Translations under genes and position numbers: made by a program
Notes under the pieces: generated by a model
What the model saw: only the letters and a program-made list of their open reading frames with translations
Database searches by the model: none
Told to the model about the DNA's origin: nothing
NCBI GenBank assembly: GCA_002269645.1
Contig: NIVC01002249.1
Coordinates: forward strand, 1-64,000
From: Macrostomum lignano
Taxonomy: Eukaryota
DNA: 64,000 bases
Direction: 5' to 3'
Part shown: one piece after another, positions 47,611 to 64,000 of the stretch
How the letters are laid out: every line of letters starts with the position of its first letter
Position numbering within the stretch: position 1 is the first letter of the stretch

Positions 47611-48529
47611 TCTAAGGAGATAATGTACACTCAGTAGGAATATAACGTGCAGTCAATGGGAACAACGCAGATTGGATGAGGACAATGTATACTCAATAGG
47701 GACAATAAGCACTAAATGAGGACAATGCGCATTCGATGGAGGGCGAATCTGCACTCTGCAGTAGGCTTACAGAAAAATATTTCCACTAAAGCCAAAACAA
47801 ACGGCCATTGGCCAACCAGTTAGAAACCATCGGCACAGAAAGGAACACATGGATTCCAAATAAAATCTCTGATAGCACTTAGAAAAGAAATGTTAACGGA
47901 AGAAAGAAGCGCAGGTTTCTATAGGACTTTCAATATTGAGCCAGAGATAGTGAGAAATAAGCGGAGAGCATTGAGTATCGATTTTTAGCCTCTGATGGTC
48001 GGCAGTGAGGCGGTCAGGGCAGCCGAGTTGAAGAATTCGCATTAGACTAAACATAATGCACAGGTCTGACAGATGGTCAGCATTATTTCTAAATAAATAA
48101 ATAGGAACATGTTGCAAACTGTGCTACTGTCAGTAGGCAAATTAACAAAGAGTAACAATAATAGAAAAATGCGCGCAAAATATAACCGAAAACAGGCCGG
48201 CGCGAACTGGTGATTTCTTGGAAAAGGCCAACAAAACAGCTCTGCGAATAATGGACAGACAGGCAGGAAGACAAACGTATTAGATTGGAAGAATAAACAA
48301 CTTTTTTTTAAAAAGGAAAAGCAAAGCCAATTCACCTGCTGCAAGAAAGTTGGCGGTTAACTATCATACAATAAGCATGGCTTATAAAAAAACATTATTT
48401 TCTAATAACACTTTTTTCACTGCAAATTTTTAAAACAGCCTCAACGGAACCAGAAGACTTCCTTAGCAATAGTTCAGAGGGACTTGAGAGACGCAACACT
48501 GAAGGACCTAAGATATGTATGGGCATAGG

Positions 48530-49010
48530 TGGCTCATTGAGGACCTCGGAAGGGGAAGAGGGAAGCAGCGGCCCATTGAAGGACCTCGGAAGGAGGAAGA
48601 GGGAAGCAGCGGCCCATTGAAGGACCTGGGAAGGCAGAAGAGGGAAGCAGCGGCCCATTGAAGGACCTGGGAAGGAGGAAGAGGGAAGCAGCGGCCCATT
48701 GAAGGACCTCGGAAGGAGGAAGAGGGAAGCAGCGGCCCATTGAAGGACCTGAGAAGGGGGAAGAGGGAAGCAGCGGCCCATTGAAGGACCTGGGAAGGGG
48801 GAAGAGGGAAGCAGAGGCTCATTGAAGGACCTGGGAAGGGCGAAGAGGGAAGCAGCGGCCCATTGAAGGACCTGGGAAGGGGGAAGAGGGAAGCAGCGGC
48901 CCATTGAAGGACCTGGGAAGGGAGAAGAGGGAAGCAGAGGCTCATTGAAGGACCTAGGAAGGGGGACGAGGGAAGCAGCGGCCCATTGAAGGACCTGGGA
49001 AGGGGAAGCC
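48530..49010. repeat. 40-41 bp minisatellite 3' of ICA1
   Basis: About 12 copies of GAAGAGGGAAGCAGCGGCCCATTGAAGGACCTGGGAAGG. Confidence 0.95.
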
Positions 49011-49102
49011 AGTTTAGGACAAGAAAATGGTCAAGCCGAACAAAAACGCAGGCAGCACAAGAGCTGGAATATAGGATGATAAAACGAGAGCCCAGGCAGT
49101 GT

Positions 49103-55841
<6,739 letters not shown>

Positions 55842-56355
55842 AGCAAATTTGAGTCCGTTGACAGTTCGCACTGAAAAATATGCTGATTGGCCGAATCTCG
55901 ACTACAAAGACAATCTCTTGCTGCACTCTCCTCTCTCTTCTTTCTTGCTCTTAGATGCTGCAGAAAAAGCAGTAACTGATATTGTGTTGACAGCACAGAC
56001 ACACGGCGGCCGCGCAACAACTTGAAATCAAGTTGATTTATGATTCAAAATTTAGAGCCTGAAAATGCAGTACCGTTTCGTATAAGTACTCGTCTAGAAT
56101 TGCTTTATTATGTTTCCGCAAAAAATATTAACACTAGCTCTTGTCGCTACTTGCTAAGTTGAATTGAATTGAATATTTCGATTCTTTCTCAACTTGATTA
56201 ATTGCAAAGTTATGAGAGTGTTTTAGTTTGCCATGTTGGCATAATATGTTTTTCCCCTATCCAAAAATGTAGTTTGACTATGAAAAATTATTAAATAAAC
56301 TTAGGAAACGAAAATAAAAAAGAAACGAAAATACTACTTGTTCAAGTAAGTAGAG

Positions 56356-56538
56356 CAGGGGTCGGCAAACGCCGGCCCGCGAAGACTCTCTATCCTAATT
56401 ATGTTTTGAAACTCCACAATAGCCACCCGACCCGCTTAAGATAATGTTTGTGTCTCTTCTCAGCTCTGTCCTCTTCTCTCATCTTCTATTCCCTATCTTT
56501 TTCTTTCTCAGCTGGCCCCTGAGTTTTGCCGGCCCCTG
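56356..56538. mobile_element. 183-bp hAT-type MITE
   Basis: TIR CAGGGGTCGGCAAA / TTTGCCGGCCCCTG. Perfect 8-bp TSD AAGTAGAG at 56348-56355 and 56539-56546. Confidence 0.88.
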
Positions 56539-56604
56539 AAGTAGAGCATTTATTTAAACAATATCATAGACTACACAATAGCATTAAATGCATTCACTAG
56601 CTAG

Positions 56605-57738
56605 TTAGAATCGATACTCAATAGTCTCCACGCCGCCAGTTGAGCACACCTGATAGTGCACGCTGGCATCGTCAACTATGGCAAACAGGAGGTCCACGCC
56701 GATGCCGGCGGAACCGCCAGCAGCCAGCAGCTGCAGAGCGCGCACCCCGACGGGGCAGGGCGGAGTCGAGTCAACGTCTACAACAGCCAGCCGATAGTCG
56801 GGCAGAGCCGCCCCGGCTGCCGTGCGTCGCCGCCGGTGCCCCGGCCGGAAGACGTCGAAATCAACGCGAGCGAGCTGGCCGCTGCAAACCGAGCATCGGC
56901 AATCTTCACCCGACTCTGAGCCAACTGGAATCTCTGGCAATGACATTCGTTGAAGAGCTTCGCGAGTTGTTAAACAAGCCAGGTCCTGACAGGGCAGCAG
57001 CGGCCCGGGCAGCGACTCGCCCATAGGAAAACTAGCCGACTGAAGCTCGCGAGCGATCGCTGGAACTACAATGGCCGAGCTTGCTGCCCGATATTCGGAC
57101 CAAGAGGCGGCTCTGCTAGGATCAATTTCAGCAGCGGCACCGGTTGAGGAAGGCAGACCGGCGTCAATACGCCGTTTGGGCCGATTTGACAGATCAATAA
57201 AGAACTGGCGCGACTCAGCCACAGCTGAGGGTGGAGCCTGAGCTGCCGCTGTAGGCCCCCTGGGTGACGGCGAATGCCTGACCAGCCTGTAACCAGCTCG
57301 AACCAGTCTGGCATACGCTAACCAACGTTTAAACTCTAAAGGCGACGTTAGAAAAGTCTGATAGGCCTGCTGTATGGACAGCGGCAATCCGCCAAATTCT
57401 ACTAGCAATTTGCCCAGCTCCATCAGCACTAGCGCCTCCTCCGGGTGCAGCAGAGTGGCGCCATCTGTTTGGCGCCGCCAGCCAAACTGGCCAGAGAATT
57501 TGGCGCGGCCGGACACAAGCACTTGGCACTGATTGGGCAGCCATTCGCCTTTGGCTAATTGATTTGGCGATGCGCTGCGCTCCTCTGTTAAGGTGAGCCG
57601 CCACCTGGCCATTGCCAAGTCAACTTCTGATTTGCTACTGTCAGAGTTGGCGTCGCGCCAATGCCGTTTGAGTCCGCCAGTCTCTGGCAGGCTGCTGGAC
57701 TTTGGCTGGCGGGCCAGCAGATCGCGGCCAACTAGCAT
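56605..57738 (-). CDS. TSEN54: tRNA-splicing endonuclease subunit Sen54, intronless, 377 aa
   Basis: Sen54-N-like ATLLHPEEALVLMELGKL, AYARLVRAGYRLVRH, and C-terminal DFDVFRPG...PDYRLAVV...LLFAIVDD. Confidence 0.85.
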   Translation of the reverse strand: MLVGRDLLARQPKSSSLPETGGLKRHWRDANSDSSKSEVDLAMARWRLTLTEERSASPNQLAKGEWLPNQCQVLVSGRAKFSGQFGWRRQTDGATLLHPEEALVLMELGKLLVEFGGLPLSIQQAYQTFLTSPLEFKRWLAYARLVRAGYRLVRHSPSPRGPTAAAQAPPSAVAESRQFFIDLSNRPKRRIDAGLPSSTGAAAEIDPSRAASWSEYRAASSAIVVPAIARELQSASFPMGESLPGPLLPCQDLACLTTREALQRMSLPEIPVGSESGEDCRCSVCSGQLARVDFDVFRPGHRRRRTAAGAALPDYRLAVVDVDSTPPCPVGVRALQLLAAGGSAGIGVDLLFAIVDDASVHYQVCSTGGVETIEYRF

Positions 57739-60320
57739 TTAGTTAGTGGGATAAATGTTCTACCTTGTTATAGGATTCATGAATCATGTGTAACTGATGT
57801 ATAGTCTCTGTTCTGTAGTCAAACCATATTGAACTCATCAAGAGAAGCTTCTTGCCAAGCTATTAGCATTAATGTAAACTGGTGTTTAGACAGAGTTAAA
57901 CAATGGACTGTACTCAAGATTAAAATTTTTATGGGCACCCATGAAAATATTTTAATACTTGGTTAATAAACATTCTTTTACTGTAATTAGTTCAAATGTA
58001 TTTGAGCACAATAATCTCGGGATTCTAGCATTCTAAATCCTAGGGTCTTAATTGTCTAGGATTTGAAAATTATTAATATTAACTATCAGCATCCAAATGT
58101 TGCTTTGCAATAAATTCAATCATTTATTCTCAAATAATATCTATATCTAAACTACTTGTCAAATGAAAATCAAAAGGAATCATAAGGTCCTGCTTTGATT
58201 CATTATCTTTTAACATAAAAACTAACGAATAAAAGGCTAAGGCTACAAGGATACACAACAGAAGCTATTGGCAGACTATAAAGAGATTTAAAGTATAATA
58301 ATATATGCTATATGCATATATTTATAGACTACTAAAATTATAATTCTAAAACATATATACATAGTATATAAAGCCTAAAGCAATAAAAGATAATCCTTCA
58401 TTGTTTCTTATCCCTTTATGTTAAAAACATTATTCTTAATGCTTAAAAAAATCCTAAGACTAGGATAGAATCTTTGCATAGCAATTTTAGAATAGAAAGT
58501 TACACATAATTTTTTGCAAGTTTTTACTTTAAAATATACAATTTTGGCACTTATCTGAAATTTGAAAAATCTGAAATATTATTCTGAAATATTATTAACT
58601 TTAAATTTTTTGTAATGTTAATATAGTACTTAATGGCTTTGCTTTCAAATGTAATAACTTTGTTTTAAATGTAATAAGTAATATAATAATGTAATATTGT
58701 AATATATAACAATATGCAACATTTTCAAATGAAACCATGTAAGTTTATTTTTATTTGCAAAAAACCTACACATAAACCTCATAGAGTTGTATAAGTTTGC
58801 CAAAAATATGTATAGAAATATGTAACTATAAGTGCTTGTTAGCATATATGGAATGGGCTAAAGATTTGGTTTGGTACAAAAATTTAATAATGGCTTTTAC
58901 ATTTTAGATGCCAACTAGAATAGAGATAAAAATAATAAAACTACTTTAAGCAATCCCTATCTTTAAAACCTTTTGGTCATAATTAAAATTAGAATATTGG
59001 GGCTTTGTTATTACCAATGGACCACAATCCCAAGTTTACAATTTTCTATCTAAGGCAAATGCCCTTAAAGGGTCTGATCTTTTTTATCCTATTATTAGTA
59101 CTTTAGACCATAGGCTTAGCTTTATAAGCTATTGTTTCCTAGGTTATATTATAATCAAGTGGCAATGTTGCAGTTTGTTACGCATAATTATTTTTACTTT
59201 TGAATATGCACCAATGTGTCACGGAGGGTTTAAATATGTGCTGACTTGTCATGCAACGTCATCCTAAAAGGCCATAGACACTTTTGGGCAAGTTTTAGTA
59301 AGTCCCTTTGCGCTACATTTATGATGTGACTTGCGACACAGTATCAATGATTCGTTGGCTAGCTAAGTTCCACCTGCTGTCCAATCAAGTGACCTGTCAA
59401 CAATGTGAGTATTTGAGTTCTGAGACTTGTTTTGAGGAACTTTTGAGGATTCAGTGACTAAGGAATGATGTTATAGTCCTGTTAATGTTCACTTGTTTGA
59501 TTGTTCATGGTGTTGGCATATATTCAAAAGTAAAAATAATTACGCAAAACAAACTACAACATTGCCAATCAAGTTTGTTTTTCAAAATAACACTGTTTTC
59601 AATGACACTGTTTTCAACCTGTTGTGATGCAATCTTTATCAGAATTGAAATTCAGTTAGCACGCACGCACAAATACAGTGCAAAATTAGTTTATAAAAAG
59701 AAAAGATATTACGGGTTCCTTTCTAGAATATTCTAGAATGAAAGGAGCATCCAAGGTGCATACATAATATATAATACATATGTACATTTAATACACAGGT
59801 GTATATGGCAGTGAAAAGTGAAATGTACGTGCTCTGGGAGTCCACTTTATTGGCACTAAGTCTTAGAGTGCCTTGCAGCTGGCCAGGCGGGGGTTGATTG
59901 GCTGGGGGTGGTAGTGAGATGAATCAGCATCTGGTATTAGCTGTATAGCTATATTATTACTTGCTATGTGGCCCATAAAGATTTGGGTATGGGTAAGTAT
60001 GGGGGTTTTCTGATTTGCTAGAAGCTCAAATCTTATTTTATTCTGTTAACCATTTGTTTGCCGAGCTAACTTCCCAGAAATTCAAATCAAGTGTACCAAA
60101 TAATTTACTTAAATCTTTCATTGCAGTCTTTCATCTGTTATTCATCTCATTCTCAAGTTTGCAATATTCATCAGCAATCATTTTCTCGTAAGTTAAACTT
60201 ATTTTTTGTTGCTTAAAGAGCAAAATTTTGAATCGATACATACATGCAATCTTTTTCAGCATCAAATTTATTAAGTATATTAATTGATTTTACTGTCAAT
60301 TTTCGAATCAATTTCAAGAA

Positions 60321-61313
60321 ATGGCCACCAGTACCGATTACGCGAGCGAGTCCCAGCATCCAAAGCTGTCCATCAAAGGCTTGCAGCTGGGCCCTATGCA
60401 AGGTTCTGTTACTGGCTGAGTGATTAGAGAGCCCTGCAATGTTTTGGACTTTAAAAGCAAAGGAGCAAAGCACAGGTGTTCTCCTTTGTTCTGGGAGACG
60501 AGACTGCCAACATTTGGGTCAGTGTTTGGCAAAGAGCTACGGCCACTGCATGACATCTGCAAGAGCGCCCAGGTTGTTCACATTGCTGGCGGGTTTGTGA
60601 AGTCATTGCATCCAACCTACAACAGAACTGACAACAAGTTGGAGGTGTCCCTGTCTATGGATTCCAAAGGCAATATCGTTTTAAGCAATGAGTTAGTGAG
60701 CTCTTATCAAGTTGAGTTCACAGACATTTTTGAATTAGGCAATTTGGCTTTGAAGAAGTAAGCAAATATTATATGCTAATTTTTATTCTATAGGCAATAA
60801 AAATTTTGCTAAATTTATATATTTATTATCCAAATTCGAATTTTACAGGCTTGTAAATGTGTCGGGGGTGATAACTGCTCAGAAGTCCAGAAGAAGGACC
60901 AGAGCATGGTTGCCTTAAGTAAGGTGACCCTGGTGGACAGTTCAAAGTCATCCATGGAATGCGCATTCTGGGGCAACAAAGCTGACCAGGTTCAATGGTG
61001 GTCCATCAGTGACATTCTGGAGATCAGAAGAGCTGCAATGCATGAATATGCCAGGATGGTGACGCTAACCTGCATGGAAGCTAGAAAATGCGACTCTGAT
61101 GATTACAAATTGTTGAACAAGTGGTTTGATGAAGCCCAAAAAGAGGAACTAGGGTTCTCTCCCATTATGGCGTCGCAGTCCATGATGGAACAGTAGTCGC
61201 AAACACATCAGCCTGATAGTACAAGGGTTTTGGTCTATGAGAATCCACCAGAAGCTCTGCAGCACTACAAGAGTGTTAAGCAGATCCAGCAACGATTTGG
61301 AGAAATATTGGTA
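60321..61313 (+). pseudogene. RPA1/RPA70-like tandem OB-fold pseudogene (in-frame TGA at ~60417, frameshift near 60880, one intact intron 60758-60848)
   Basis: VKSLHPTYNRTDNKLEVSL..VEFTDIFEL and KVTLVDSSKSSMECAFWGNKAD..LEIRRAAMHEY..KLLNKWFDE align by eye with RPA70 DBD-A/B (NIYLMD...ATLWG...IKGARVSDF...KLRGWFD). Confidence 0.65.
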
Positions 61314-61734
61314 AGCATTATTTAATTGCTATTTATATAATAAAAAAGTAATTCATATAACAAGTCAATTTGTATATATTTACTGAACTCCTTTTGTTAT
61401 AGTTAACATTCAATTGAAATGAACAGCAGCCAGTGACCAGCACTCCAGAGCCATCAACTAGGCGTAAGCAGAATCAAGATTCAACTTATTGTGTGAGTGA
61501 ATTCCTAGAAAGCCTGTGAAACTCTTGCAATGTTTGTGATATTATGAGTCACATAGAGGCTTTTTTGCTCAACTGAGTGGTTTGAAGGAATTAAAATATA
61601 AAATATAAATATATAATATGTTTGCATCATTGAAATCAAAATATAAATATAGATACTGACAGTCTTTGTTTGGTTCTTTGGTGTTTTTTTTATCTTTCGA
61701 TTATTTTTTAATATGAAATTTTGGAAGTCTAATC

Positions 61735-62031
61735 CATACATGCGCAACCTCCAAATTTCGGTCGGCCGTGCGACTTAGTTTTAACAAAAATGCGACGTAG
61801 TTTTTGGCCAAAAAATGCGACTTACATGTAAAATAACCCAACAGCAAAATTAACCCAACTTTGGGTAAACGGCAGGAGTAACTATGACTGTCTTATAAAG
61901 CCAAAATGCCTCGTCAGCTACTTAGTGCTACTACTCTGTGTTTTTCGGGTTGGCATTTTTGCGACTTCCTTGGTTGGCCGCCAAATCGGTCGGCCGGATC
62001 GGCCGACTCGGCCGACTGTTGCGCATGTATG
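61735..62031. mobile_element. hAT-type MITE copy 1 (TIR CATACATGCGCAAC)
   Basis: Perfect 14-bp TIR. 8-bp TSD GTCTAATC on both sides. Confidence 0.92.
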
Positions 62032-62613
62032 GTCTAATCTATGGGTCTTAACCATAGATCTTATATTCCCTAGATATGCCACTCTTGGTGCATTCAATAG
62101 GAAAAGACTGACCACGCGAATTGCAAGAAAAATTTATTTAAGCCGACAGCTTTTGAGAAAGTCTGAGGTCAATAGCTTAAAGGGACATAGACATATTTCT
62201 TTTGTGGTTACAAGAATATTCGCAACAGACACAAAGTTCACAGGTTGTCGCGACCTTGCGCTTTGCTATCAAACAAATGGGCAAAAGAGTGCTGAATTTG
62301 GGGCTGCAGCATATACAAATTGCCACCACCAACAAGTAATTGAATCAAAATGTCGCTGCACATCTTCCCTAGGAGTGGCTTTGCTGCTCAGAAGTGGATT
62401 AAAGCATTAAGCAACCCTGAAGTTGATCTTCTTTTAGTCATAGGATTCAGGCATAGGCTTTTTTCCAAAACAAGGGCTACATGGACTACAAGCAAGTATG
62501 GCTTGCGCCTGCCATCTAATTATTAAAAAACATTAATACGCGCACAAGCTACTGACCTGATATTGTAGTTGCAAAATCTTCAAGAAAGATGAAGGCTCTA
62601 TGGGTGTGCTTAT

Positions 62614-62914
62614 CATACATGCGCAACCTCCAAAATTCAGTCGGCCATGCGACTTAGTTTTAACAAAAATGCGACGTAGTTTTTGGCCAAAAATGCGACT
62701 TACATGTAATTAAAAAAACCATACGCAAAATTAACGCAACTTTGGGTAAACGGCAGGAGTAACTATGACTGTCTTATTAGGTCAAAATGCCTCGTCAGCT
62801 ACTTAGTAATACTACTTTGGTATTTTTTCGGGTGGGCATTTTTGCGACTTCCTTGATTGGCTGCCAAATCGGTCGGCCAGATCGGCCGACTCGGCCGACT
62901 GTTGCGCATGTATG
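62614..62914. mobile_element. hAT-type MITE copy 2 (same family)
   Basis: Same TIR and highly similar interior. Different 8-bp TSD, GTGCTTAT. Confidence 0.92.
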
Positions 62915-64000
62915 GTGCTTATGGTTGTGAGTGGCTTATCTAGGGAATATAAGATCTATGGTCTTAATTATGCATCGGGATATTAATAAGCAAACTGAAT
63001 TTAAGTACTGATGCTTGAAGGAGGAATTTGTCTTCCTATGGAGTCATTTGTCATGGGTGAATGAGTTTTCTTCTTATTGCTACAGTATTTTAAGTGATAG
63101 ACAAATAGGTATTTGTATTTCAATTTATTTATTAATTTCCATTAGTCCATGTTTTTACTAATACATGTTGAAACTTCTATTTTTTTAAATAGTGCCCCCC
63201 AAGGGGGGCTTAGTATGCTAGTCTAGTCTAATTTTGATTACAAAAATTTTTTATTATCTAGCTTATAAATAAAAGCATATATTATAATATTATATGAACC
63301 AACTTACATATTATATTCCAATTTAAAGCTTATTAGCTAGGCTAGGGTCTAGGTCTACTAGTTTTTTGCTTGCAAAATAATTTTTGTTCTACTTATGTTA
63401 TTGAATTGAAAGCCTTTTTGATTAGATGATACAATGTAAAATTGTATTAACATTTAACAAAGATGATGAAAAACTTTTTTTCAATCCTAGACCTAGGATC
63501 TTGGCCTAACTCATTAGGATACTAGGATTGGCAAGGTCTAGGATATCCTACTCCTAAGAATCCTAATATTGACAAAACTTAGGTTTTTTCATTAGATTTT
63601 TATCCTAAGAATCCTAATATTGACAAAAGTTAGATTTTTTATTCATAGGCCTATTGTCATTATAGATATATAGGTGGCATAGGCCTATACAGTGTAATTA
63701 TAGTATGATTACTAGTATACTTTTGACTTTTTACCTTGAATTTTTATGCTTTGTTTATTCAATTCGAATTTGACTAAACTTGCTAAACAATGTCAATATT
63801 TGAATTACTAATTAAATTAGTAATTATACTTCTAATAAAAAGGCCTAGGCCCTAGTCAATAGAATACAGTATAAATTTATAATTAATGCATTCTGTATTG
63901 TCAAATGCTCATAAGCTCATGCTCTATCATAAGCTAATATAGCTAAGCATAAATCAAAAGAGATAACAACTGCTAGGTATAGGCCCTAGTCCATAGCCAG

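Noticed and set aside
60417-60419. In-frame TGA in the RPA-like ORF as selenocysteine or readthrough
   Set aside because: An additional frameshift and further stops indicate ordinary pseudogene decay, and no SECIS is evident.
61925-62410. 161-aa ORF
   Set aside because: It starts inside a MITE and runs into degenerate flanking DNA, with no recognisable domain.

Overview
This is eukaryotic (animal) genomic DNA, not prokaryotic. GC-rich spliced exons, innexin, and an intron architecture in which most introns are filled by their own minisatellite point to a free-living flatworm such as Macrostomum (inference, not proven here). Reconstructed genes, left to right: GLUD/GDH (-, 3 exons, continues off the left edge); a divergent TFIIS/TCEA-like gene (+); a 524-aa orphan ORF (-); innexin (+); ASPDH (-); BCKDHB (-); importin-9 (-); a signal-peptide neuropeptide precursor (+); ICA1/ICA69 (-); TSEN54 (-); and an RPA1-like OB-fold pseudogene (+). 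Mobile DNA includes a tRNA-derived CORE-like SINE, a 3-kb TTAA-flanked piggyBac with long inverted arms and a nested RTE LINE fragment, several hAT-type MITEs with 8-bp TSDs, and a THAP relic. A 6.9-kb 23-bp satellite with higher-order repeats lies between ASPDH and BCKDHB. The main leads are four. (1) ASPDH has no genomic start codon and looks built to take its Met from a spliced-leader 3' AUG. (2) The neuropeptide precursor encodes repeated xD-G-RRKR peptides that would end in Asp-amide. (3) Many minisatellites are homotypic arrays of classical TF motifs (YY1, RFX, ETS, E2F, NF-Y, SOX). (4) The piggyBac has a foldback structure. Exon boundaries were derived by hand and repeat boundaries are approximate.
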